A stretch of 64,000 nucleotides of DNA from Podarcis muralis (lineage: Eukaryota): positions 82,956,001-83,020,000 of the forward strand of contig NC_135655.1 in assembly GCF_964188315.1 (NCBI RefSeq). Reading direction: 5' to 3'. Below, piece by piece: positions 22,963 to 36,370 of this stretch (positions are counted from its first letter, which is position 1; each line of letters starts with the position of its first letter). A program made the translations under genes and the position numbers. A model generated the notes under the pieces. That model saw nothing but the letters and a program-made list of their open reading frames with translations. It searched no databases and was not told the DNA's origin.

Positions 22963-23379
22963 ATTCACACCCGCTTGCCCTGCTAAGCTGCGTTCCTGGG
23001 ATTCCCCGCCCCACCCCCCTCTGCCAGCATTGGTGCCCTGAGGGGCAGCAGGATTGCCCAGGCAGCGGGGTGAGCGGGTGGGGTGAAGCACAGAGCGGAA
23101 GGGAGGTGTGTCAAAGCCCGCGGCTGTGTGAACAATCTGACAAGCTCAGGAGACAAATTAATTTCCTCTGTGTCGCCCGGGGGCAAGTAGGGACGGGTTC
23201 TCCCCAAACAACACGCCAGCAGAAACCAACTCACAGGGCAGGCTGGGACGTGGCCAACGCCATGAGACCAGCGGGGGGGGGGGGCAGGGGGAGGAAAGCT
23301 GAAGCGTGACTACTCTAATACTTAAAGGGCCTGGACTTTAAGATCAAAGAAAGGAAGTGGGTTTTTTCTTTTCTTTTAG

Positions 23380-23617
23380 ACAGCCGGTGTGGTGTAGTGA
23401 TGAGAGCATTGGGCTGGGACCTGGGAGACGAAGGTTCAAATCCTGACTCAGCCAGGAAGCTCCTTGGGTGACCTTGGGGCCAGTCACTCACTCTCAGCTG
23501 AACCTACCACACAGGGTTGTTGGGAGGATGAAACAGGGAAGTGGTGAACTATGCATGCCGCCTTGTGCTCCTGTGAGGAAAGGCAGAATTTAAATGCAAT
23601 AAGTAAATAATAATAAG
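23380..23617 (+). mobile_element. Squam3/MIR-related SINE
   Basis: A box gtgtggtgtagtg, B box ggttcaaatcc, gggtgaccttgg..ccagtcact, AAT-rich tail. Confidence 0.75.
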
Positions 23618-24042
23618 CAAAGAAGATGGCGTGAGGCAGCCAGATGGGAAGACGCGCTGGGAGACGCGCTACTGAAGAATCTAAAGAGGGTTTGTGTGGG
23701 CCTTCAGCACACAGGCTTGCCTTTCCCATTTTGCCTTTTCTTGTGGGGCTTAATACAGACAGTGGCCCTCAGGCAAGCCAAGGACCTTGGGCCAGCATGT
23801 GCACCGCCTGTAGCCATGCTGTTGTCCTTAAGTGCTCAAAAGGAATGAATTCTATCCTCACACCCACCCCATCCCACCAGTGAATCTCAAAAAGATTTCA
23901 AAATGATATTTTGGGTTCTTTTAATTTGGGTGCTTTTTTGTTTTTTTGTTTGTTTTGCTTCTGAGCCTCCATTCATTTGTTTATTATGTTCTTATCCTGC
24001 TTTTCAGACGATGATGGTCTCTGAAAGCAGCTTACATCAATA

Positions 24043-24078
<36 letters not shown>

Positions 24079-27000
24079 AGTCCCGCCAATAGTAAAAACA
24101 CAAATTGTAAAAGACAAGACTTCAAAATGCAGGCTGCAGTCAAGCTTTTCTTACAAACAAGTTGTTTCTATGGGCAAAGGAAGGAAGGGTCTCTTCCCTG
24201 AGGCTTCCCTGAGCATCAGTACAGAACTGCTAAAAGTGAGCCACAAGGTAAGCTTTGCTGAAGGTGTTGGGTGGGAGCAAGGAGCAGGGAATACAATGCA
24301 ACTGAAATCTGGGCAGCAACGGCAGCAGTGCTCAAAAGGATTCTGCCTGAATGCTCTCTTCTGGACCCTAGAGTTTTGCTCTGTATTAAATTTTAAGATG
24401 GGTACGTACCAAAATTATGTTTCAAGGTTATTAAAAAATTATGCCAGGAAACACTAAGGCCAGGGTCCTGTAGAAATTATGGGGTGGCGGATTGTTTGCT
24501 TTTTACCATTCCTTCTGTTTCATCTACTCTTGAGAAGGGTCAAAAAGTGACCATGGGAATCTCTTAGTTTTCTAAGATTTTATCAGGCGTTGTTGACACA
24601 CACACACACACACACACACACTCGAACTTATCTTTGAAGCTGTATGGGCTAGAAACTTGGTTTTTTGTTGTTGTTGTTTTAAAAGAATAGAAAGCAGAGA
24701 ATTCCCAGGAATTGCACTCAGCCACAAATCATATATTTGCACAGAGCTGCTGAAATTCACACCACCCTTGCTGTAGGTCTGACCTAGACAGTGGTTGTCT
24801 ATGGTCCCAGCTAGAGATGCCACTGGACTTAGTGCTGGGAGCATAGAAAGGAAAGGCAGGCACTTTTTCTCCCTTGCATGTGCTCATGCCCACCACAGTA
24901 GATGATGGCCAAATCCTGCAATCCTCCCTATTGACCCAGCAAACAAGCAGGCAAGGACCACTGCAGGTTGCAAACACCTTGGGCCTTCCTACTTTGGAGA
25001 TTTGATGCACTTGAACAGCACATCCAATCTCCCAAATAAGACCCATGCAGCTGTGACCCCAGAGTTCCTCAGCTGTCAAGATGTTTTATTTCATTTCCCC
25101 CCAGCTGTTTGAATAGCCTCCTCTGTCCACAGCTTACATCGCCACATATGGGAGCAGCTTTGCTTCAGTAGAAATCCCTTGGCAGAAATTTCACAACATC
25201 CCTCAAGAAGCAGCCAACAAGACAGCACAATTGACTGGTTTCCTTTTTCTATACTGATACAGAAGCCCTGGGGCTATGCAGCAGTGCGCGTGCGGGCACA
25301 TGGGTGTGCATTTCCTGTCCTGCTGAGTCAGATTGCCAATCATTTTGCACCAGTGAATGCCAACCTACTTACGGGAACACTGAAGGTAAGGAGGCAACCA
25401 TCAGGACGTACAGAGAATATGGGAATCATAATGAAATGCAATGGTTGCATATACTATTATATTAGGCCTGCACAGTGCTAAATTTTAAGCTAGAGCTCTG
25501 ATAGTGGAGAAGCCCTGATTTCTGCTGGAAATAGCATAACCTCCAATGGTAGCCAATGCAGTCCTCCCTAGCCTTAATCTCCTTAAGCCACGAGAAGATT
25601 CCTTTTATTACTGCCCCAGTTCCTCTCCTGGCATCTCTACGGAATAGCCTCTCCCTGTTAACTTCTGGCTCCCTCTAAAGATAGGCAACTTCTTAACAGT
25701 AACTTCTTATTTCAACAAAAGGGCTCAACAATTCCAACCCCTGTCTTGCTCCAAAAAATGTTTGCAAGGAGATTTGTGTTCTTTACACATACTGGATCTT
25801 TGAGCACATGAGCCCGGTGAAAAGAAAAGTATGGGCCTTTCAAGCCTGCATGAAGGGACACATTTTTGTCAGCCAAATGGAAATGGGATGGGCTCCTAAA
25901 AACCATAACCTCAAGAGGTGGGACTGCTCTATCCAAAGGAACCACAAATGTTCCAAAGCATCACAAATGTGCAGTGATATCTCATGAAGAGTTAGATTAT
26001 TGGAATTCACCCTTACTGTCCTCATAGGAAGGTTAAGACAGATGAAACATTGACCTGGTCCAAACCATGACTTAGCACATACGTGTGAGCATGCAGGCTT
26101 CTGGAGAGGAGACTGTGGCTCCTTTGCTCTTCCTCTGGTCCTGCTGCCGCCAGCTAAGCCATAGTTTGGCTTAGCAAGTTGTCCAAAGCCAGGCTTATGG
26201 TTTATCTTCCTCCAGATGAACCATGAGCTTTAACATGCTAATTGTGCATTTAGGCCCCCACCTAGTGGCCTGGGCGTAGCAAGGATTTTTTTGGGAGAGG
26301 GGGAGTTGTTGAGCTTTTTTGGGGAGATCACGGGTAAAAAAACAAAAACACCCCAAAAAGAGGGCATTATGGTGGGCAGGCTTCTGCTTGATGGGCGGAA
26401 CTTTAGTTGATTACCAATAAGTATTTTTAATGTTTTTCAATACAGTGGTTCATTATGGGAATTATGTGTTGTCACTGGGGGCCCTTGTTAGAGAATGTTG
26501 TTCCAGTTGATGGTGTGGCACACAGGAAGGCAACAAATAAGATGGACATAGGTTGGTGCATAAAGGGTCCATTTCTTATTTTTCTATGGGGACCCAAGCT
26601 TCTCAATTTTGTGTTTAAAAAAGGAAGCTTCTTGAACCCAGATATGCTGGAAAATATGAGCCTCTACACTTTCCCATACCCGAACCAAATCAATACCTTG
26701 GTTTCACTCTTGTGACTGCTCTTGATGAATGCTCAGTGCCAGGGAACGCAGCCAAGGGGTAGGTAGGGCTTGGAATGCCAGGTAGGCCAGGGAGCAGGGA
26801 TGCCATGCAGATAGATGAGGGTCTGCCCCCAGTCTCTGCTCTCCACGCAGCCGGGCGTTTCCCTGGCGAGTTCTGACAGACAAGGCCTCACCTCACCCCA
26901 GCAAGAGATGCACAACAGATTGTAAACAGGGAGACTCCACCGGTGCCTGAAGGCAGGGAGGGGGAAGCATGTCAGATATTCTGCCAAGTGAGGGCCATGG

Positions 27001-27458
27001 CTGGGGAAAGAGCTGTATTTTAGCTATTCACCATGCAGAAGGAAATTTCGGGGTGGGGGTGGCGTGTTTTGCAGATGGTGTTGTTAAGAGGGTGTTGCAG
27101 GCAGTTTAAAGTCTTAGAATGTCTGCCTGTATGAATCCCTTCCCCACATACTGAGCGGAGGCAGATGCTGTCGCCTGTTGATACACTCCTCTTTGCACTG
27201 AGCTTTTGGGATTAAAGTTATGCATGTGCCTGCAATCCACTGGATTCTCAACTCGGTTAGAGAGAGAAACGCAGCCTGACTTCACCTAGCGACAGAGACA
27301 TCAGAGATGAAAGAGACAGTGAAGCACAGTTTACAGAGAGGGAATAGAGTCTGGGCAGGAAGAGGAAGAAGAAAGGGCACGCAAGGGAAGGGAGAGCTGT
27401 TTCCTACTAGGTTGCTCAACTCAGTAGTCCCCAACCCTCTCCAAGCTTCTACACTCAC

Positions 27459-27628
27459 ATAAGTAGCCGCAAGCGAGTGCAGCTGGTGTTCCAGGTAGCG
27501 AGTAAGGTCGTACGTCTGCTGGATGGACTGTCTGGTGGTAGTCACTTGGTCCGTGCTGTTCAGTGCAGGCACCACAGGCAGGTTCCAGAGCGTGGCACAC
27601 AGGAAGGCAAGGATCCCCCACGAATCTC
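27459..27628 (-). CDS. CLCF1: CLCF1 exon 2 (GDSWGILAFLCATLWNLPVVPALN...SIQQTYDLTRYLEHQLHSLAATY)
   Basis: ccctgcag|GA acceptor, TAT|gtgagt donor, 170 nt phase 1/0; signal peptide and helix A match CLCF1. Confidence 0.96.
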
Positions 27629-28316
27629 CTGCAGGGAGCACACTTGTAAGGAGCTGTGGGCGAAGGGAGCACTGTGACAGGGGGAGCAAAGCCTGCATCG
27701 CCCATTCCCACCTCACACCACCATTCCCAGGAGAAGACACAGGGACAAAGTGCTCAACGCAGCCTGCTTCTATAGCCCAGTTCATATAAAAATATATACC
27801 CCAACATTTATTGCATAGTCCAAAGACGGCAGTTCAGACCTCCAAAGAACTTGGCTGAGAGTTGTCCAGGGTTTTGATGCTGGCCCCACCTTGGATAACA
27901 ACAGGGACAAAGAGAAGGAGCTAACTACAAAAAGGACTTTGCCATTATCCCCACCACCACACCCTCTGCCCAGGGCCAGAGCAGCCTTGTTCTCTTCATG
28001 TAAACAAGACGGTTCCAACTGCCCTCTAACCACTACCAACTCATCAGAAAGTTTTGTTGTTTTCCAATGCACAGTCTGACCCCATTCATCATGAAATAAG
28101 ACAAACTTTCATCATGACCATGGCAGGGCAGAAAGGGTTAACTTCTCTCCCTCCCCACCACCCAAATGGCTTCTATTAGCATTTACATTACAGAAAGTGT
28201 GCGTGTTAACTGCATTCACACAACTGATGCTATATCTAGGTTGGGCCCCAAGGAACGATGGGAACTGGAGACAAGAGTCATCAACCTGGTTCAAGGCATA
28301 AAGGCCACACATAATA

Positions 28317-28566
28317 CAGTCGTACCTTGGTTTTCAAACAGCTTCGTTCTCAAATGTTTTGGCTCCCGAACACTGCAAACCTGGAAGTGACTGTTCCGGT
28401 TTGCGAACTGCTTTTGGAAGCCGAATGTCTGACGGGGCTTCTGCTGCTTCCGATTGGCTGCAGGAGCTTCCTGCAGCCAATCAGAAGTTGCACTTTGGTT
28501 TCCGAACATTTTGGAAGTTGAATGGACTTCCAGAATGGATTCTGTTCAACTTCCAAGGTACGACTG
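28317..28566. mobile_element. Tc1/mariner (Tigger-like) MITE
   Basis: TA-flanked TIRs CAGTCGTACC...GGTACGACTG; internal palindrome around gattggctgcagg/cctgcagccaatc. Confidence 0.8.
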
Positions 28567-29671
28567 TACCTGTTTTTCCACAGGCGCCTCCCCACCAGCA
28601 TTCACTGCTGTAGATGCATAATGCAGGACCCTGGATGGCAATGGGTCATTCTAAGGATCTTTACTAACCACACCGTGAAAATTTAGATTTGGGGCAAGAG
28701 ACTGTTTTTGTGGCAGGACATGGCTAATGCTTTAGGTCAGGGATGGATAGCCTGTTGCCTTCCAGGTGTCATTAGCCTACAACTCCCATTAGCCCCATCC
28801 AGCATGGCCAACAGCGATGATGGGAATTGTGGTCCAACAACATCTGGAGGGCATCAGGAGCAATATCCATGCTATAAGCAAGTGGAGCAGGTTGGTGGGA
28901 GAATTTAGGTTGGCGATCAAGTTCATTGTTACACATGTAATATCTAACTGCACCTGCTTAGTAAAAACAGTATCTGTTTTCACATTATGTGTACAGTTTA
29001 GGACTGCAGTGAGTACATAAACAGAGTATCAACCCAAGCTGGAGTTTTTCTCCCTAACTTTTAAATATTTTTAGGCCAAAACAATGTTGTTTGAATTTTG
29101 TAATTCTGAATATCATAGCATTTTGAGAGTGAGATGCTGGGTTGCAATAGATGAGGAGAAATATATGGCGGTGTGGACATGTATGCGGCTGAATATGCTC
29201 AGAAACTGAAGACGTGGAGAAAAAAACATGGATTTCCACATTTCTTTTGTGGGAACTAAGTATGGCTTCTTTGTTTGACTTCCCCGTCTGTCAGATGCTG
29301 AAGCTTCTGTGTGTGTCTTCTGATTCCAGCAGGCCAAGGCTGGGAACGTGGTTGTGCCTGCATAGCCACCACGGAAGCCTACCCCATAACTCATGCCAAG
29401 GCCTCCCACTTGTGATGATTCACCCATGAAACACGCAGCCCGGCCCTGGCCACTTGCGCTTCATTAAAGACTATCCCGCGGCATTTTCCTGCTTGCACCA
29501 CGCCCAGCCCCAGCCCAGACGATTCCATCCTGCTTCAGTGCTTCCGCTGTTCTTCCCACTGGGGATGAGGCCCGCCCATTCCCTCTCCTACGCACTTTGC
29601 ACAATTCAACCCTTTTCTTCCCTACAGATTCCTTTACGGTCAACAACAAGAGCCTAAAGGGCAGGTGCTCC

Positions 29672-29690
29672 CAACCAGCAGGGGGCTCTA
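29672..29690 (+). promoter_or_regulatory. Putative CTCF site in CLCF1 intron 1
   Basis: CAACCAGCAGGGGGCTCTA, strong match to CCAGCAGGGGGC core; motif match only. Confidence 0.5.
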
Positions 29691-29843
29691 GTGAATGCGT
29701 CTTCACGGGGAAGCTATTAAACAACCTATGGCCTTTTAAATGTGCTTTAAAAAAATAATAATAATGTGATGTATTTGTGTTTTTATGTTGTAAACATATG
29801 TGAACTTTGGATGAAGATCAGTAGATAAATTTATTATATAATA

Positions 29844-30084
29844 CAGTCGTAGCTCGGAAGTCGAATTGAATCCATTCCGGAAGTCCGTTTGACTTCCAAA
29901 ACATTCAGAAACCAAGGCACAGCTTCCGATTGGCTGCAGGAAGCTCCTGCAGCCAATCGGAAGCCGCGCCAGACATTCCGGTTCCAAAGAATGTTCGCAA
30001 ACCGGAACACTCACTTCCGGGTTTGCGGCATTCGGGAGCCTAAACGTCCGAGTTCCAGGGCGTTCAGCTTCCAAGGTACGACTG
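29844..30084. mobile_element. Tigger-like MITE, same family as 28317-28566, inverted
   Basis: TA-flanked CAGTCGTA...GTACGACTG; internal order reversed relative to the first copy. Confidence 0.8.
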
Positions 30085-32828
30085 TACAATATATAATACA
30101 GTATCTTCAAAATGGTTGTTCTTCCCACTTCCTCCACTAGGCAGGAACGTGCAAATGGAGCTGTTGTTAATTTCTAAATCACAATAGTAGTTATAACTTT
30201 TAAAATCATAATAGTGGTTGTACTTCCTTAAAATGCATGATTCTATAGTTTGTGCTAGGGTGCTCTATACTGCATACAGTCTATACTTCATATTGTTTCT
30301 GTCAAGATAATATGAGATAAGGAAACAGTGTGGAGGACTCCACTGTTGTTTTCATTCAGGATCCAAAGAGTTCATAGAACCATAGAGTTTTAGAGTTGAA
30401 TTGGACCCCGAGAGTCATCTAATCCAACCCTTAGCAATGCCTAAATCTCAACTAAAGCATCATAGTTGTCCATCTAGCCCTGTTTAAACCGTGATCACAA
30501 TCCTGTCTGGTCCTCTGCATACAAGGCAGAGCAATCCAAGCACTAGTTGGACTGCTGCAGATTAATGAGAGAGAGCAGTGAGACCTTCTCCCACTGACTC
30601 ACACACAATCTACTGCAATCTCACGTAGGCAGTCCCTGAGGCTAGTACCCTCATGGTTAAGGATTTGTGTTTATTTCCAAGTTTAGTCTAAATATGTCTA
30701 GTTCTAGCCTTTAATTATCCTGATATATGTCTGCTGTCTGCAAAATTACACAACCATCAAATATCTTCTTCCTTCAGATATCATATCTAGCATACTTCCC
30801 CAAATATATATATATATATATATACGCAGATGGGAAAATAATGGGATGTGCTAAAAAAACAAACGACGGGACTATTGTCAGAGAACCACTTAGCATTCTT
30901 ACTAATTCTTTCTGAAAGCTTTGCATTGATAAGGAACAGACCAGACACTTACAAGCCGCTGCCTGAACTTCGATTGCAAGGAACAGGAAAAAAGGAGCGG
31001 CACCCCCATACAATTACTAAGTGTTCCTAAAAATCTGAAAAACACTAGTAATGGAAAAGGTGACCCATCGAGCCTAATGCCCAAACGAATGAAAGAAAAC
31101 AACATCTCTTTAGAGCTGGGGTGGAAATAGATGGAATCTGCTAAGTATCTTGTCCTCTTGAAAGCTGCTTTGAATATTTTAATTCTGTAAAACATCCAAT
31201 CTGCACTTGTAACAGTTTATATGTTACAAGCGCAAGTCAGATCCCCCCCTCAATGTTTTGATATATCAGAATGAAACTTTTAATAAATAAGTTTTTTTTT
31301 TAAAAAAAAGAAAGTTATCCTTAGGTTGTTCTCTATGCAGATGACTAAATTACTTTTTAATATCCCATTGTATAACCTAAACAGAGAAGTGCATCTTAAA
31401 TTCCCACGGTGAGACATCATGGTATTTTGGATAGTTGCTCTGCAGTTTTCAGCAAAGCTCCTTCCAGAAATCCTCTCAATTTTTTACCAAACGAGAAATG
31501 CGTAATAGAAATGTTTTGAAATGGATAACAGCAGCATGGTATAGCATTCTAATACCGGTTATCTCCTAGCAAAGGGAAAACCATACTTTTTGCTTTATAT
31601 CTCATTATGTACACAGCCAAGAATCGCATGTGCTCTATAAACCACAACATCTCTGTTAAGGTTCATTGCTTGTATTACTACTAGCAGCCTTGTACTGTAT
31701 TTGTTTGTATCCCACCTTTTCCCCAGATAGGGTCTCAAGGCGGCTTACAAAAATCAAAGCAAGTTGGAATAAAATGTAAAAGGCTAAAAACATACAAAAG
31801 ATGAAACTTAAAAAGTAATTAAACTTTAACTGAATTAACACAATATTTAAAAAACCTATTAAAATACAGATAATGAAAATGGTACAGCACTGTTAAAAGC
31901 CCTTTCCTTAAAAATCATAGATTCTATGAAAAACAGTTTTCCCCAGGTTATTTCTCCCTGACATCTATGGGCACCTTCATATGGGGAGTGCTGGCCATGC
32001 TGGGCCAGAGCACTTAGTGCTTGCAAACCACAGGAGGACTATGCTAAGTAGTCCATAACAGACCAAAGATTAGCAGAATCAGAATGGGTGGCACGGACCA
32101 AGTGCAGCATAAAATCCCCAGAACAGGTGCTACTTCTTCCTTGAGATAGCTTCCCCCACTTCTGGTTTAGTGTTCTGCAGCATTAAATCAGCTGTGGTGA
32201 AAGCTGCCATCTGGACACAGCCTAAGAGTGTGACCTATAGTCTTCACTCCTCGACAAATGATTTTACAACAGGTCCTCCGGTTCTAATGACCCCATTCTA
32301 AGAATTGATCACTGCCACCACATATAACTGACTCCGACCTTGTTATTTATCACGACACGGATTTTCTATGTTTCCAGGCCATTTGGCGGTCATATGGTCA
32401 CAATTGCCCATTATGGGCTTTAAATCGGAGAATATTTAAGGATTATATGGGATCCCCATGGCACAGTTTATTGACAAGAATTACTAGCGTCGGTACAAAA
32501 CTGCAGTGAACGTGAGATGCTCTGCGTGATCTAATGAGCGAAATGAATGCAGAACATTGTGAAATGGTATTTCTGCAATGGGAGGTCACATACTAAAGCA
32601 TTTCACATACACATCAGATTCCGACTCTTGAATTCCTAAAAACGTAATGGAGAAGCTATTTTTCAGAAGAGAATTCATTAGCAAATTGACACTGCATCCC
32701 ATTGTTTAAATAAAAATACCAAAGGTACTTGTGCTTCATTTGCTGTTATAGCAGGAATCTAGTACAGGAATCAACAACTGGAGGCCTCAGGGTCAAATCC
32801 ACCCCACCCCTCCGAGTAACATCAGTGT

Positions 32829-32830
<2 letters not shown>

Positions 32831-32876
<46 letters not shown>
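32831..32876. repeat. (AC)n microsatellite
   Basis: Direct reading. Confidence 0.95.
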
Positions 32877-32878
<2 letters not shown>

Positions 32879-35629
32879 TCCAAGCCAGAAACAAGAGAGG
32901 AGTGATGGGAGTGGCAGCTGTGTCAATGCAGCATTTTGGTACATAGTCCACTTTTGGGGAATGGTGGTTGGGTTGCTCTGGTTGAATCACACTCCACTCC
33001 TTTCCCTTCTCATAACACTCACCTAGGTCAGCTGGTAAAGCCCATGCTTTGCTTACAAAACATTCCAAGCTCAGTCCCTGGAATCCCTACTTAAGACAAT
33101 CAGAGGGAGCAAGGCTGAGAAGGCTGCTGCCTGTCAGAATAGACAAGGCTGGGCCAGATGGAGCAATGGTCTAACTCAGGAAACGTATGTTCTTACCAGG
33201 GGATTTGTTATTTTTGCTTTGTTGTTCCAGCAGATACACCTTTATGTTTAAATTGTGAAATATAGTTCCCATCCCAGGTAACAGAATACATACGCTTTAC
33301 ATTTCTGCTGCTCTAATTCCTCCGCTTGGCTTTTAACTCCACTGTACCTTTACCCAAGTTTATAGATGTCTCATCAACTTTTCATTCCACTTCATGCATC
33401 TGATTAAATATATTATCGCCTAAACTTAAAGCATGAATTTTAGATTTAGTTCATATTGGATTGGAGAGAAGGCAAATGCTCTATATTATACCTGACACAA
33501 GAAAAATACTGTATTCTATTCTAAACGTAGCACCGGAGAGGGGTTATTTTTTGGTGTGAAGGTTGCAGCACCTCCCTCCCCAGCTGCAACCCTCCTCCCT
33601 CTGAAATTGTCCCCCACAATGCAATTAGACCAGTGTGTGTGTGTAGCCTTTTATTGGCTGCAACAAGAGGCTTTTTCCAAGTCTAATTGCAGCTGAGGAT
33701 GGGCGAGGCAAGGCCTCTGAGGACCAGACAGGGAAGCCCCAGGGGCCACATCTGGCCTGCGGGTGAGCCTCTACCATCACCTCTTTGAGCTCAATGCACT
33801 CTAAATGGACAGCCAAGGCCTTATTAGCTGGGCAAGTACTGTAGATGCCAAATGAGTTTGAGCTAGAATCTGATAGGAAAAGAACAGCTCAGAACTTTGG
33901 ATGTATTTAAGTCATGTTCGACTAAAGTGCAGGGGAGGGAATACATTTACTCCATAAAAGCAGATCCAATATTTTACAGAGTACCTTAAGATCCACAAGG
34001 GAGGGACACAGGGAAGCAAACGGCCTGTGAAAAACAGGAGGTTGCTCCTCTGGTCATCAGCACCAAACATTCAACACTACAATATGCAGCCAACACAATA
34101 GGGGTGTACTTTAAAAAAAACAACCAAATAGCAGTCAGCTCTGGAAGTGTCATCACAGCATTCAGCCCATATGTACCTTTCCTCTCAAGGGGCAGCAGAG
34201 TGCAGGAGTGGGCCGTTCTGTAGGCTGTGCCAGGAGCTGATTGGCTGGCACCCACAAGGCAAAATTCGCTCCCTAAGCTGGGAGTAGCTTTGCACTTTTA
34301 AAAGCTTCTTTTTAAAAAACGAATGCCAACGATAAATGCATGAACATTCACGTTGTGCTTTAAAAATCTATTGAAAGGCAGACATGGTGCCTGAAGCATA
34401 GGGGGGTGGAGGACAGTAGTTAACAGCTGAGTCAGCATTTGATTCACCTGTGTGTGCAAGTCTTCCTTTTCAAACGTGAAGCTAGGAGGGAACCTGACTT
34501 ATCCTGCAGCTGAGGGATGCGCCATGAGCCCTCTTTTTGCATTACATCTCTCTTCATCCTAAGCACACGGCTTTCGTCTCCTAGCCTGATAAAAGCACAT
34601 TGAGAGGGATCAAGGAATGGTGCCTTCTGCTCAAAGCGGCTGGGCAGCTTGCCCCAAACTTTGAGAGTCATCTGACAATTCATACAACACAACCAAACAA
34701 CCTTGAATGTTCAGCTGGGAGCAGCTTAAAGAGCAGAGGTTTCCATGTCCTATAAGCATTAGTAGTAAATATAGAAATACAGTGCCATTTCTACATACAC
34801 ACAGCAAAAATGGTTTTTAAATGACTTGGGAGTGGGGAACAAAATTATAAATATATAGATACAGAACCTAGAGCTGTAATTTTAAGTACTTGTCACTAAT
34901 TCCTGCAGCTCTCTATAGTATTTCTACCATACTACACAAGCACATTGTTCTATTCTCCCATGTTTAGGCAAGCCTATAAAAAAATGTAAAAGTTACATGT
35001 GTTTTATTTCTTTTTAGCTACCGTTCATTTTAATTATCTTTTGAATATTCTTAAATCCCTGTTTTTAACGTTTTATTATTATTTTCTATAAACCGCTTAA
35101 AGGTTTTCAAGCAGTATATAAATGTTGCTAAATAACATCACACCACACCACAATTCTTGGAATCTGCCTTTTTCTGCATTGTGATTGAAAATTTCCACAT
35201 TATTAGCTGGTAGGGGATCTATAACATTGTTACAGCTATGTTCCTTTATAGTGCAGTCATTCATAAAAAAGCAAAGGTAGTCATGTTAGTCCATAAGAAA
35301 AAATGTACAGTAGTTGTAGTAGTAATAATAATAATATTAATAATAATATTTTTATATGCCACCTATCTGACTGGGTTACCCCAGGCACTGTGGGCAGCTT
35401 CCAATGATTTAAAACATTAAATTAATCAAACATTAAAAATACTGCACATAGCTGCCTCTTTTCACCAATATTACTTAACTTGCCCCATTATTTTTATCAT
35501 GTCTTTTTATCAATATGCAATTGAAGGAATATTGATATTCCATTAAGATTTTAATGGAATTATAAGCAACTAAGCAGACACAACCCCTACCCTCTTCACA
35601 TTTTAAAATCAGTTTCTTTCTTTCTTTCT

Positions 35630-36370
35630 TTTTAATTTTATTTATGATTTTCATTTATATACATTTCAGTCGTAATTTAACAATAATTCAGACATTTCAA
35701 ATCTTGTCTTCTTTCCTCTTCTTTCTGCAGTTCGTTAAATTTTTTATCATCATTCCCTACATATTCTAAGTTATATTAAATTCTTTAAATCATCATTCTT
35801 TTATTCATCTATTTTCATATATCTGTATTTTAAAAACTGCAGGTTATTACAATAGTCCTGCCAGTGCTTTTATCTGTTTGCAATTTGTTTGTAAATATTC
35901 AATATACCATTTCCATTCCTTTATAAAAAGTTTGTTATCCTGATTTCTTATTCTTCCAATAAGTTTTGCCATTTCTGCATAGTCCATAAGCTTTTGTAGC
36001 TTATGCTTTTGTATTCTTTCATCTGGATTCCTTCATCTTCCCCTTTTTGGGCAAATAACATTCTTGCAGCTGTGGCTGCATACATAAATAAATTTCTATA
36101 CTGTCTAGGTAAATCTGCACCTATAATTCCTAAAAGAAAAGCTTCTGGTTTGCTTGGGTTTTTTTACAAATGTTAACTTAAACATCTTTTTCAATTCATT
36201 ATATATCATTTCCCAGTATGCTTTTACCTTATTACAAGACGACCACATATGATAAAAGGTGCCTTCTTTCTCTTTACATTTCCAGCTTACTCAATTTTGA
36301 TTTATACATTTTTGCCAATCTAGTAGGTTTCTTTCTTCTTTTTCTTTAAATCTTTCTTTCTGCTATTACA
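35630..36370 (-). mobile_element. Decayed L1-clade LINE ORF2 3' end
   Basis: Minus frame reads WKCKEKEGTFYHMWSSCNKVKAYWEMIYNELKKMFK (C-terminal zinc-knuckle region), frameshifts, A-rich strand. Confidence 0.75.

Noticed and set aside
26252-26271. Third CTCF motif on minus
   Set aside because: Mismatch at a highly conserved core position and lies at the edge of a repeat
32378-32510. Plus-strand open frame after a good acceptor (AIWRSYGHNCPLWAL...)
   Set aside because: No convincing donor, no homology, no partner exons
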